Source: Octopus sinensis (Eukaryota). Taken from it: a DNA stretch of 64,000 bases. Position 1 is the stretch's first letter; each line of letters begins with the position of its first letter. The notes beneath the pieces were generated by a model, which was given only the letters and a program-made list of their open reading frames with translations, did no database searches and was not told the DNA's origin. A program made the translations under genes and the position numbers. Positions 52,054 through 64,000 of this stretch are shown here, piece after piece. The stretch spans positions 12,524,001 through 12,588,000 of the forward strand of contig NC_042997.1 of the NCBI RefSeq assembly GCF_006345805.1. Reading direction: 5' to 3'.

Positions 52054-52897
52054 TGTATGTATCTATGTGTGTATGTATGCATCTATGTGTGCTTGTTTTT
52101 GTATGTATGTGCATGCATGCATATATGTATGTATGCATGTATGTATGTATGTATTTGTGTTTGTGTATGTATCGGTATGCATGCATGCATTTATGTATGT
52201 ATGTTTTTTATGTATGTATCTCAATATCACGAGTTGGCTGAATCTTTAGCTGGTTTTTACGCTCTGAGTTCAAATCCCACGAAGGTTAATGTTGTCTTTC
52301 ATCACTTCATGATCGATAAAATAAAGTACCTGTCAAGTATTGAGGTCGATATAATCAACTCCATTCCATCCCTCAAAATTGCTGGTTTCAATCTCTGCAA
52401 CAGATCGGCATTGAGGAATATTGTGATTTCGTTCACTTCAACGCCATGGAAACCAAGTAAGCCAACTTACAAGACCTGTAGCTAGAGGGGGCAAAAGTAT
52501 GAATTCATTTTTGGCTCGCCATGATAGTAAATACCATTTAACCACGATTACCAGAACGTAATACAAGACGACCACCACTACTTAATGTGTGATACTAAAA
52601 TAATATTCCTTTATAAAGGCAATACTCAACAACAGGTTAGGTCTATGGTCCATCAGTCCAGAAGTTTCTCTGTTGTCTTCTTTGGTGCATCCAGCATCTA
52701 TCACCGGCTTGTCATGCCTGTCGCACTCCATTGCTCATTTTGCTAGGTGAATAGACTCGAGCAACATAAAATGAAGTATTTTGCTCAAGAATTGAACACG
52801 TCGCCCTGACCAGGAATCGAAATCACAATCGTATGATCATGGGTTCAGCACCATAAGCTCTTAAGTCATGCGCCTCCCTAATATTTCTTTATGATTT

Positions 52898-53137
52898 AAG
52901 GTGATGAGCTGGCAGAAACGTTAGCACGCCGGGCGAAATGCTTAGCGGTATTTCGTCCGCCGTTACGTTCTGAGTTCAAATTCCGCCGAGGTCGACTTTG
53001 CCTTTCATCCTTTCGGGATCATTAAATTAAGTACCAGTTACGCACTGGGGTTCATGTAATCGACTTAATCCGTTTGTCTCTCCTTGTTTGTCTCCGCTGT
53101 GTTTAGCCCCTTGTGGGTAGTAAAGAAATAGAAATAG
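52898..53137 (+). mobile_element. Young SINE family M copy
   Basis: Near-identical to 43524-43754; tail AAAGAAATAGAAATAG followed by GTATTTCGT. Confidence 0.9.
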
Positions 53138-54432
53138 GTATTTCGTACCAGTATGGACTGGGATAAGTACCAGTTGTGTACTGGAATCGATGTTACCGGT
53201 TTACCCTGTTCGCGGAAATTACTAACCTTAAGCCCATTTTTGAAGCCAATATTTCTTTTTGATTAAGCAGATTATTTTCTAATTTTCAAAAATATCGAAG
53301 AGGAAATGGGAGGACGTGAGCTTCATGCTCTTCTTTAAGATAATTAAATTGCATAAATAAAATGAAAAACCACAAATAAATAAAAGCTTCCATACATGTA
53401 CCAATATCGCAATGACAGACTGAACTAGTTGTGAGCTAAACTGTAGTCCTATATCGCGCGTCCTCTCCCGCCATTAAATATGTGATGTAATAATGAAATT
53501 AATTTCAGGTCACTTAAGCACGTAATAAACAATTCTATTTAAGTGAAGTTACAGAGAAGTGGAAGGATTAGCAGGGACAAAATATAGAAGAGAGAGAGAG
53601 AGAGGGAGAGTGAGAAATTGAGTGAAGAGGATAAGAGCAGGAAAGACAGGAGAAAAGAGAAAGTGAAAGAGGGAGAGGCAGAGAGAAATAGTGAAAGAGA
53701 GAATTAGAGACGTGATGTTGATGGTGATGGTGATGGTGGTGGTAGGTTGAGAAGGAAAGGAAGCTTTAAGAAAAACAAGTCGAATATATTAAATAATGGA
53801 AGTTCATATAGAGACACGTGTATGGAAGGAGGGTTAGACAAGAGAGCAGTAATGGGAGTGAGAGTGAGAGGTGAGGTAGTTAAGGGAGGGAAAGAAAGGT
53901 GGCGGGGGGTGATGAATTACCTAATAAATAAATAAATAGATAAATAAATAAATAAATAAATAAATAAATACAAGCATTGCTGAAGAGAAGGGGCAGAGGT
54001 GGTTAAATATGTAGGTGGGAGATTAAGGTGGATGTAGGGCGGGCGGCGAAGCGTTATTGCTGTATAAATTGAGCTAATGAAAGGGTGTTTTATAAGAACA
54101 ATGTAGAAGATGGAGGTTTTTTCAAAGAAGGGGTTTTGAAAGTTGACTGAAATTGTGGTGTGAAGGCGAGGTGATTGTGTTGGCTGTGACTGTAGGTGGT
54201 GGTGGTGGGGGGATCTGGTGAAGAAAGATGGAGTGAAAAGGAGGAAGAAACGTGGAGGTGAGAGGCAGCGATTATGATGATGATGATGGAGGGAAATGCC
54301 GAGAAGAAAACAGGGCTGGGGGTGGGCGATAATTGTGATAGGAGAAACTTGATAAGTGGGTTTGAGAAGGTGAGAGAGAAATGGTAAAGATGGGGGGGGT
54401 TGTGACCGAAGACAGAATGCGAGAGAGAGAGA

Positions 54433-54529
54433 GGAGGTAAGGAGATGGAGGTTGAGAGATAGAAAGACAAATACAGAGAGAGAGAGAGAGAGAGAGGAGG
54501 TAAGGAGAGGGAGGTTGAGAGATAGAAAG

Positions 54530-54572
<43 letters not shown>

Positions 54573-54801
54573 GGAGAGTAAGGAGAGGGAGGTTGAGAGA
54601 TAGAAAGACAAATACAGAGAGAAGAGAGAGAGAGAGAGGAGGTAAGGAGAGGGAGGTTGAGAGATAGAAAGACAAATACAGAGAGAGAGAGAGAGGAGGT
54701 AAGGAGAGGGAGGCTGAGAGATAGAAAGACAAATACAGAGAGAGAGAGAGAGAGAGAGGAGGTAAGGAGAGGGAGGTTGAGAGATAGAAAGACAAATACA
54801 G
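54433..54801. repeat. Minisatellite: 6 copies of GGAGGTAAGGAGAGGGAGGTTGAGAGATAGAAAGACAAATACA plus variable (GA)n
   Basis: TAGAAAGACAAATACA occurs six times between 54460 and 54800. Confidence 0.92.
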
Positions 54802-54945
54802 AGAGAGAGAGAGAGAGAGAGTAAGAAAGAGAGAGAGGAGGTAAATAAAAGGGAAAGTAATACGGAAAAACTTGAGACAGGGATCAGGGGATAAAAGGTG
54901 GATAAAAGAAAGAGTTGAAAAGAAGTCGAGGAAAGAGAATAAGAC

Positions 54946-54977
<32 letters not shown>

Positions 54978-55612
54978 TTGGGAGGGGTATTAAGACAGTA
55001 TGGGGGAGGGGTTATGTGAGTGAGAGACAGGGAAGTTAGGAGAGAATGGGGTTTAAAAGAGAGAGGGGTTTAAGAGAGAGAGAGAGAGAGAGAGTCCAAG
55101 CTGTTTTAGAGAGGGCGAAATGATTTAGAGGAGAGTGTAAGAGAGAGGAGTAATTTAGAGAGAATATAGGCTTAATAAGAGAGTAAGTGTTTGGGGGAGA
55201 TAGATAGAAGTGGTTAAATAAGAGAAAAGCTATTAAGAAAAAGGCTAACAAGATAGAAAGTTAAGTGAAGTATTCAAATTAGAAAAGGAGAGGGAGAGAG
55301 AGAGAGAGGGAGAGAGAGAGAGAGAGAGTGAGAGAGAAAGACAAAAAGACAGACAGAGACAGAGAGACAGAAAGAGAGTCGGGGAAAGAGAGACGGGGAG
55401 AAAGAAAAAGACGGATGAACCATTACTGAAAGTCGTTTAATGATTATTTAATTCAGAGGGAGAAGGTAGGGTGATTGCTGACTTGGAAATTGGGAAGAAT
55501 GAGGCAATGAAACGACAGGTAACACACATATGTGTGTGTGTGTGTGTGTGTGTATGTGTGTGTCTGTGTGTGGGTGTGCATGTATGTATATATGTATACT
55601 CTTTTATTTTTT

Positions 55613-56016
55613 TACTCTTTTACTTGTTTCAGTCATTTGACTGCGGCCAGGCTGGAGCACCGCCTTTAGTCGAGCAAATCGACCCCGGGACTTATTCTTT
55701 TGTAAGCCCAGTACTTATTCTATCGGTCTCTTTTGCCGAACCGCTAAGTAACGGGGACATAAACACACCAGCATCGGTTGTCAAGCAATGCTAGGGGAAC
55801 AAACACAGACACGCAAACACAAACACACACACATACATATATACATATATACGACGGGCTTCTTTTCAGTTTCCGTCTACCAAATCCACTCACAAGGCTT
55901 TGGACGGCCCGAGGGTATAGTAGAAGGCACTTGCCCAAGGTGCCACGCAGTGGGACTGAACTCGGAACCATGTGGTTAGTAAACAAGCTACTTTACTACA
56001 CAGCCACTCCTGCGCC
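55613..56016 (-). mobile_element. Young, full-length bipartite SINE family C
   Basis: rc: GGCGCAGGAGTGGCTGTGT head, GGCACCTTGGGCAAGTG core, (TA)/(TG) spacer, 3' part ending GGCGGTGCTCCAGCCTGGCCGCAGTCAAATGACTGAAACAAGTAAAAGAGTA. Confidence 0.9.
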
Positions 56017-56170
56017 ATTTTTTTTAGAAAAAGCTGAAAAAGAACGAAAGAAAGAAAGAAACAGAACAATGGGTGTGAAGGATGGTAAAATGGAAAGGGA
56101 CCGAATTACGAAAGGAATAACACAGAGACTTAGAAGTCTGAGAATGTAAAAGAGCATTAAAGAATTTATC

Positions 56171-56403
56171 CGTTTCTTTATTACCCACAAGGGGCTACAC
56201 ACAGAGGAGACAAACAAGGACAGACAAACGGATTAAGTCGATTACATCGACCCCAGTGCGTAACTGATACTTAATTTATCGACCCCGAAAAGATGAAAGG
56301 CAAAGTCGACCTCGGCGGAATTTGAACTCAGAACGTAACGGCAGACGAAATACAGCTACGCATTTCGCCCGGCGTACTAACGGTTCTGCCAGCTCGCCGC
56401 CTT
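56171..56403 (-). mobile_element. Young full-length SINE family M
   Basis: Reverse complement of the 43524 copy; imperfect TSD-like AGCATT(A/T)AAG(A/C)ATTTATC on both sides. Confidence 0.9.
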
Positions 56404-56706
56404 AAAGCATTTAAGCATTTATCGTACATGGACTAACTTGTTTGCGTACGAGTATGTGTGCGTGCGTGTGTGTATGTGTGTGTGCGCGCATGTTTATCTA
56501 TGCACAAACACACACACACACACGCAAACAAACACGGACCTACGCACACATGTATATATGTTTCTATGTGTGTGTCTATATACGTGTATGTGTATCTATG
56601 TAGCTATGTGTGCATAAGTTCTTAAGATGAATTCGCCTCCTAATTTTTATTAAATTAACGAACTTCCCTTTTTTGCTATCCAATACTTTATGTTCCATTC
56701 ATTCTC

Positions 56707-56801
<95 letters not shown>

Positions 56802-56954
56802 CTCCCAATCTATCTATATATATATACACACATACACATATATAGACATATATGTATATATGTAACTACATGCTTTATGAGTGTATATCTATCTATCTAT
56901 CTATCTATCTATCTACCTATCTATCTGTCTGTCTATCTGTCTATCTATCTATCC

Positions 56955-57087
<133 letters not shown>

Positions 57088-57639
57088 TGGCGGTGTCCCA
57101 CCATGGCCACAGCTCAAGAGCTGAAACTGGAAAACATAAACATAAATAAACATATATACATACATACACACATATACATAGACATATATAAATATATATA
57201 TATATGTGTGTGTGTGTAACTATATGCTTTATGAGTGTATATCTATCTATAATATATCATATTTTATATATATATATTATATATAATATAATATATATAT
57301 ATATAATATCTATATATATCGACTGAGAGAGAGAGTGAGAGAGAAAGGAGAAAGAGAGAGAGGGAGGAGAGAGATAGAGATAGAAGTGTGTAAATAAATG
57401 AAAAAGAAAGTGCGTTATTAATGAAAATAGAGTAGAGAATGATATGTAGTTATATATAACTGGGTCAACCGGAATACAAACGAGATGGAGCGAAAATCTG
57501 AAGCAGAAGACATCTTTGATTCTTCATTCGGCCATTAAGTAGGTCAGTATTTATGCTTGCATATAACCTCCCCTCCCTACATACTGTCTCTCTTTCTTTT
57601 TCTCTCTCTCTGTCACAGGCACATATCCTCACACATATA

Positions 57640-58498
57640 CAGGCTGTTGGGCTAAATTTGATATTTTCTTTCACTTTGGCGAACAGTCCACGGCACTGGA
57701 GAACATAAAGAGTAAAGCTATAGGCGAGAAAATGTTAGCTGACATGGCGAACTGGAATCCATCTGAATATTGGAAAAGAGTTATCTGTTTCCTGATGATG
57801 ATTTGAGCTGGGTATCAACATGGAGATATGACTGCTGATCAGTGCTCTGTGAACACTGCTGAGGCTGTATGATGAGACATGGACAGTTGCAACGGAGATA
57901 ACAAAACCGCGTCCTCACTGCTTCTGGAAGCCAGAATTTATCCAAAAGCTGGTGAAATTATGCAAAAACAGGCTCAGTTTAGACGGCAATGTGATGCTGC
58001 TGAAGACTGTGATCAAAACTAGGCTAGAGAGATCAAATCTAAGCTGTTGGAAGGCCGTATGTGTAGTAGCAGTATTCGCTTATTTGGCATAAGTCTGGAA
58101 AGCGTCAGTCGTGGTTTGCCGGAGAATTTCTGCGACTTCATCATCGCTAATTTCTGGCATCCTAATTCCCTCAATTGTTTTACTATGGATTACTATGAGA
58201 GTGTTGCGGTTCAGAAAGATACCAACCACGCTGCCTAATACACCAAGGCCAAGCAGGCTATGAAGATCGTGGAGTTCTGCAAAAGTCTTCCTAGTGACAC
58301 AGTGAGGAACGTATTTGCTAGGTTAGGGAGCCGTCTTGAAGCTGTTGTGGAAACTGAGGCTGGCTACCCTGAGCGAAATGTTATTTCCTAGCCATAACCT
58401 AGTTGATTTCTTTTGAGTTTTTAAAATACATTTATTTTGTGATGGATTATTGTTTTATTTTTTTTTTAAGCAAACAGACAGATTTAACCCGAACACTG
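57640..58498 (+). mobile_element. Internally deleted Tc1/mariner-superfamily element (DDxD type, maT-like) with both TIRs and TA target duplication
   Basis: TA|CAGGCTGTTGGGCTAAATTTG at 57638 and CAGATTTAACCCGAACACTG|TA at 58500. From ATG 57744: MANWNPSEYWKRV...AG...CSVNT...SCNGD; later ENFCDFIIANFWHPNSLNCFTMDYY (WPPNSPDLNPLDY-like) and RLEAVVETEAGY (RLEAV+.A.GGY-like). Stops present and the central catalytic region is absent. Confidence 0.8.
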
Positions 58499-58507
58499 TA
58501 CATGCAC

Positions 58508-58554
<47 letters not shown>

Positions 58555-58614
58555 TATGCATGCATCTCTGTTTGTATGTATGTATGTTATTATTCAGTTA
58601 TTTCAAGATTTCTT

Positions 58615-58845
58615 GCCAATAGAGAAAGAACCGTTTTCTAACCTAGATTCAAGGTTTCTTCACTGGAATTTCAACATCAACAGGAGAGTATTTTTGTTTG
58701 TATATATGTATGTATGTACGTATGTATGTATGCATGAATGTATGTGCAGTTTTGTATATTTTATGTATGTATTCTCACGCATATAGTTACATATCTAGAC
58801 ATGCTCATATATATTTAAATGATAAGCTTCTGGAAATTACAGTTA
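58615..58845 (+). repeat. Interspersed repeat with internal (ATGT)n microsatellite, copy 2
   Basis: Homologous to 51735-51935. Confidence 0.8.
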
Positions 58846-58914
58846 CAAACCTGAAGTTGTAATCTGGATAGAGTAATTGCAGATTTCTCAATAGTTCAGC
58901 ATATATATGTATGC

Positions 58915-58947
<33 letters not shown>

Positions 58948-58996
58948 TGTATGTATGTATGTATGTATGTATGTATGTATGTATGTATGTGTGTAA

Positions 58997-59027
<31 letters not shown>

Positions 59028-59336
59028 TGTATGTATGTATGTATATATGTATGTATGTATGTCTGCGTGCATAATATAAGTTTGAGCGTGTTTGTGCTGC
59101 GTGTTCTAAGTCTTTAAGTAGCTGATTTTTTTTGGTTTTGTTTTTTAGCACGGAACAAGTGCTTTCACGCAAAATACTAAGAATGAAAAGCAGTTATTCA
59201 ACCGAAATTTAAATGATATTTGTAGTTCAGCCAGTTTTGTTAAAGTGAAAGCAAACGAATGTCAAACGATATTACTTATAACAACAGATACCTATAGGCT
59301 GATTGAGGCATCTATTACATTAACGTATACACAGAA

Positions 59337-59408
<72 letters not shown>

Positions 59409-59502
59409 TGCATTCACACACATATATGCATATATATATTATATATATATATATATACATGCATATATACAAAATATGTATATACTTATATTTGTATATA
59501 TA

Positions 59503-59578
<76 letters not shown>

Positions 59579-59611
59579 ATGTATGTATGTATGCGTATGA
59601 AAGTATATCTG

Positions 59612-60550
59612 GTCGTTTCTGTTAGTTTCAGCCATGCAGCTGCCGTCATGCCAGAAACCCATCTTGACTTTGTACCTTTCTTGCAGCACCTCTTATGTGG
59701 TTGATTTCTTCTGCACAGTGGGATTTTATATTGCTTCTCTTACATATGCTTTTCTTAATGATCGTTGCCCTCGGTGGTGTATGAGGTAGTTTGACACCAT
59801 CGCGGGTATTTGCACTTCACGTCGAGATGTTGCTAGTTCTGATATCGTTGACAGAAGTATGTCCACTTTCGTTTTCAATACATCAACATCCAATTTCGTT
59901 TTCAAGATATCAACATCCATATCCTTTAGTTTTCTTAACTTTTTTGGCAAAGCATTTAAGAGCTCTAGCCCTTTGAATCTCAAGCCATTGCAGTACTGGT
60001 TCTCACAGTAGATGGAGCGGACGGTATTTTCGATACTCCGCAATGAAGTTCATTAGGGCTATTTGTATGACGTTTGATGGCTGAGTTAGGTACAGCCTTT
60101 CTAGAATTTTCCACTTGTAAATTATAACCTATCTTTCGCTTCTTCGATCCAATGGGTAAACTCCTATTTTTTCAGCCTCTCCTTGTAGTTCATCTGCTGC
60201 ACTGTGATAATCTTTTAAATTCAGTAGCGTTGGATCGCTTAAACCTCCACTCGAAACAATGTGGTGACACAGCATAGAGCAGTAGTCCAGGTGGCTGAGA
60301 GCAATGGTGTTCCGTAGGTCAACATGACTTCTTAGTCTTTTGTCCTGAAGAATCATAGTATTCGTCCGGGAAATTATCTACATTTTGCTGCCTTCTTGGT
60401 AACATGCACATGAAATGATGCATCATTACACACACGGATCCACAAGTTTTTCATTGTCTGACTCCAGGATTCCAGGCTGTGGTGCATTTATGGACTGACA
60501 GAGCAATGCTTGAAAGTTTCCAGCATTAAACTGAATGTTGATTGTTCAAA
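59612..60550 (-). mobile_element. CR1/L2-group LINE 3' end (RT C-terminus and tail), decayed
   Basis: rc gives IQFNAG.FQAL, SNDASFHVHV.K.A.KCR, IALSHLDYCS.L (LSHLDYCSQLWSP-like), YPLDRRSER (YSLERRR-like), YCNGLRFKG.EL.N.LPK.LR and DVDVLKTKVDILLS, in the expected order with frameshifts. Confidence 0.8.
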
Positions 60551-60556
60551 CTGTAT

Positions 60557-60626
<70 letters not shown>

Positions 60627-60889
60627 GGGAGCGCACAAACTTTTACTCATGTAACGTATTGTATCGTTCTTAATGTTGAAACTCAGAATAAATAGTAGTG
60701 TGTAGAATATTGTGGGACACGAATTCACATCTTCTGGAAATATGACAGTTTTATATAAAAAAAACCCTTTCAATCCATTCACTTTAGAAGTATTTTTCTT
60801 ACCAACAATAACGAATGTCATTCATTTCATAAGAATTTAGAAACTGCGTGGGAGACAAATTGTATCTAACCTATAAGTTTATTTATTCT

Positions 60890-61270
60890 TCCAACTATAG
60901 GCACAAAGCTAGCGAATTCAAGGGAATAGCTAGCCGACTAAATCGAAACTAGTTCTCGACTGACACTTATTTCATCGACTCCGAAATGCAATGCAAAGTC
61001 GACTCAGAAGAATGTGAACTCAGAACGTCAAACCAGACGAAATGCCGTTATGTATTTTGTCCGGAGTGCTAACGATTCTGCCACCTTGCCGCCCTCACAA
61101 AATGCTTAATACTGAACTATGCAAGTTATTGAAATTAACTAGAATTGCATATGTTAATCAAGAATAATTATAAACGGTTATTTAAAAAATAATAATTCAT
61201 TGATTACGATACCTATTTCTTTACTACCCACAAGGGCTAAACACAGAAAGGACAAACAAGGACAGACAAT
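60890..61270 (-). mobile_element. Family M SINE fragments (60890-61095 old subfamily; 61209-61270 tail only)
   Basis: CGAAATGCAATGCAAAGTCGACTC...GAACTCAGAACGTC and CTATTTCTTTACTACCCACAAGGGCTAAACACAG. Confidence 0.7.
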
Positions 61271-61449
61271 ACCTGAAAAGGATACTGCAGCACTAGTATT
61301 CTTAGCCTTGTTAAACTAAAATTTTATTGGAACTGTAAAGCGAATCTCGAATATTTAGAATTTGAACACTATCAGATTTACTGTTGATTTTGGAATTCAT
61401 CTTTACATTTGATGTTACCAGGGAAATACGCAGAGTACGTGCATTTGAA

Positions 61450-63290
61450 GCAACAGGGTACACATCATAATTTTAAAACTTCATTGAAGTGAAATTGCTT
61501 CATGTATTTTGGTCTTTCAACGTGTAATTCTTCATACAAGTAATGTAAATACATAAGATTTTGTTCCGAAAATGCGGCATGCTTCTTAGTTTTCTCGTCA
61601 ACATAACCAACCGGTCAGTAGAAAGTCTTTCAGCTATATATGGTTCATCTCCATTATTTTCTGTATAATTATTAAAATAGCGTACTTTTTTAAAGCTAAA
61701 TTTCATTTCTACCTCATTTTAGAATTTGTGAACAATATGTTCAAAACTTTCTAGTTGCTTCTCACTGTTTGTATAATGCTTTAAATCATCCGTAAACAGG
61801 AAATGATTTATTTGACCATATTCTCATATCATAATCTATTTTGACTTTCCGTGATATAAGACTGAGCGATACAAATAATAATGGACAGAAACTATCATCT
61901 TGGAATATGTTCACTTCCCAAGTTTTTGATTAACTCCACTCAATTCTGCACTCCAATGTTTCATTTTTTTCATTGACCAGTTTCTCCATAGTTTTCGCCA
62001 CTTCAGAAATACTCGTTGTTTTACTTGTACAACTGTGCGGCATTATGTCACATGCCTTTTTTTCAGGAGTGTGGTAAGTAGCTTGTCTACCAACCACATG
62101 GTTCAGGTTCAGTCCCACTGCATGGCACATTGGGCAAGTGTCTTCTACTATAGCCTCGAGCCGACCAAAGCCTTGTGAGTGAATTTGGTAGACGGAAACT
62201 GAAAGAAGCCCGTCGTATATATGTATATATATATATATGTTTGTGTGTCTGTGTTTGTCCCCTAGCATTGCTTGACAACCGATGCTGGTGTGTTTATGTC
62301 CCCGATAGAATAAGTACTGGGCTTACAAAAGAATAAGTCCCGGGGTCGAGTTGCTCGACTAAAGGCGGTGCTCCAGCATGGCCACAGTCAAATGACTGAA
62401 ACAAGTAAAAGAGTAAAAGAGTACTACGTTCAATTTCATCAATCTGCATCTGCAATTTCCGATTACAACTTTATTAACCAACAACTGGTCATTAGTTGTC
62501 CTACTTTGCCTCCTGCACCCCTTTCTGGTCCAATAGAAATAAATTGTTACTTTGCAGATGATAATATAACTTTTCTGTTAAGATACCAATCATAAAATTA
62601 CAAAAATTTGGCAGAAAGGTTCTAAGTCTAAAATTTGTCAATGTAATTTTTATGGGATCCTTAAAACACAACAATCTTCGTCCACCTGTTTCACATAGAG
62701 GAACGTGTCATTGCTGCAAGTATTTATCAAGGTGTGTTGCGATCCTTTCATGCAACAGTATAATATTCTTAAATCAATAATCTTATAGTCTATCTGGGTC
62801 TGCTCCTCTTCAACTTGGTACTTTTCAACATCAGCCTTAGTGAATACAGATCAATTCTGACGTCCTTTTGTTTAGGTAAATTAACCCCTTTCCAACTCCG
62901 TTATGTCTCAGTAGCTTGTTCCAAAGTTCTCCCCAAAATGTTTTACTTTCCTCTGCATCAAGAATCATTGCCTAATTTGTTACCCCTCCTTTAACGCCAC
63001 AACTCTTTGTGACAATTCCCTCAGGTACTGTTTGCCTTCTCATCTCTTCTATCCTGAACCGCCCAGTCAATTTTCTGAGTATTATCTCATTACTGAGTTC
63101 CTCTCTCACACCATTTAGTTACTCAATATATTTTGTGTCTTTTCCACCATCCCTTGCATTCTCTTCCTCTTTCGTTTCCTTTCCCTTCATTTCATCTATT
63201 ATCTTTCGCTTCTGTCCTATCGAAAGATGTGTAGTAGCCCCTATACATCGCATTGACTGTGAATTATAAAAGTGCGAACCCCTGACAACA
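61450..63290 (-). mobile_element. Old R4/Dong-like LINE reverse-transcriptase region, interrupted by a SINE
   Basis: rc, with stops and shifts, in order: AEESKTFWGELW, HERIATHL, FKDP, KLYYHLQSNNL, KGCRRQSRTTNDQLLVNKVV (KGCRR.SRGTKDQLLIDK-like), [SINE], KKACDIMPHS (KKAYD.VPHSW-like), IFQDDSFCPLLFV (IFQGDSLSPLLF-like), INHFLFTDDLKHY (INHLLFMDDLKLY-like), EMKFSFKK. Outer boundaries approximate. Confidence 0.85.
62064..62423 (+). mobile_element. Young bipartite SINE family C inserted in the Dong-like RT
   Basis: Head, core, short (TA)/(TG) spacer, tail GGCGGTGCTCCAGCATGGCCACAGTCAAATGACTGAAACAAGTAAAAGAGTAAAAGAGTA. Confidence 0.9.
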
Positions 63291-64000
63291 TCTCAATATT
63301 AGATACTGTTTTACTCTTTACTCTTTTACTTGTTTCAGTCATTTGACTGCGGCCATGCTGGAGCACCGCCGTTTTTTATCTTCACTTGACTCAGGATTAC
63401 AGCACTTCAAAGTGATGAGCTGTCGGAAAGCATGTCTGACAATTGGCCAAAACATCCACTCAGTGTCTTGGAAATTCAGCAAATGTTTCAGCTTTTGAAA
63501 TTCTGCAAATATCTGAGCCTCATCACCTTCAGTACACTGAAGTTTTGGGCTGTGGAAGTAGTAAGCTCAGTAACATAATCAAAACAAACACGCATCTAAA
63601 ATATGTTCAAAAGATAAGTAGAAGGAATTAGAAAAATAAACGAAGCGGTAAAAAGCGGTAAAAAAAAATAAGGGAAACACACATAGCTTTAAGCTTGAAA
63701 GCTAAGTGCACAAAAATGAAGATTAGAAATATTTATATGAAAGGTGTAAACCAACATGGACACCAACGACAATGTCAATAAGATATCATTTGAAAATATT
63801 TTGTCTCAAAATGAACGACTCGTCTTGACCTAGCTTAATGAAAAGAATATTAAGTGGACGAGGTAGGGACATCTAACTGAACACCCTCTTTGCTGTTGGA
63901 TGAATTTATTCAGAAGAAAGAAATGAGAAAGATGACATATCTCTGCTATTCAAACAGAAGAGATGCTTTCTAGATGCCCTCAAAAGAAAACATGGAGGAA

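Noticed and set aside
51908-52485. Several 90-180-aa ORFs rich in YVCM/HTYI
   Set aside because: (ATGT)n microsatellite plus a SINE fragment.
53917-54795. 292-aa ORF, the longest in the track
   Set aside because: Translation of the GA-rich minisatellite (SLSL repeats); no domain or splice context.
61500-61706. Protein-like minus-strand ORF that could be a host exon
   Set aside because: It is the continuation of the decayed Dong-like RT (starts at EMKFSFKK).

Overview
AT-rich eukaryotic, intron/intergenic-type DNA saturated with microsatellites and short interspersed repeats. The repeat content suggests a coleoid cephalopod, most likely Octopus (inference, not checked against a database). 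There is no operon, CRISPR array, rRNA or true tRNA, and no host gene that I can name. Almost all long ORFs in the track are microsatellite artefacts. Supported features: (i) three tRNA-headed SINE families in many copies, some with target-site duplications (TSDs); (ii) four R4/Dong-like LINE pieces, including an open restriction-like endonuclease C-terminus sitting in (TAA)n tracts and a ~1.8 kb decayed RT region; (iii) a CR1/L2-type LINE 3' end whose tail resembles the tail of the commonest SINE; (iv) RTE-like and possibly L1/Tx1-like RT remnants; (v) two Tc1/mariner transposase remnants, a MITE, a foldback element and Helitron-like pieces; (vi) a dispersed family carrying a minimal Penelope-type hammerhead ribozyme motif, three copies of which share an unusual CUGUUGA core; (vii) a 100-N gap that appears to split an exon-like segment. 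The ribozyme family, the SINE/LINE tail sharing and the candidate exons are the best leads.
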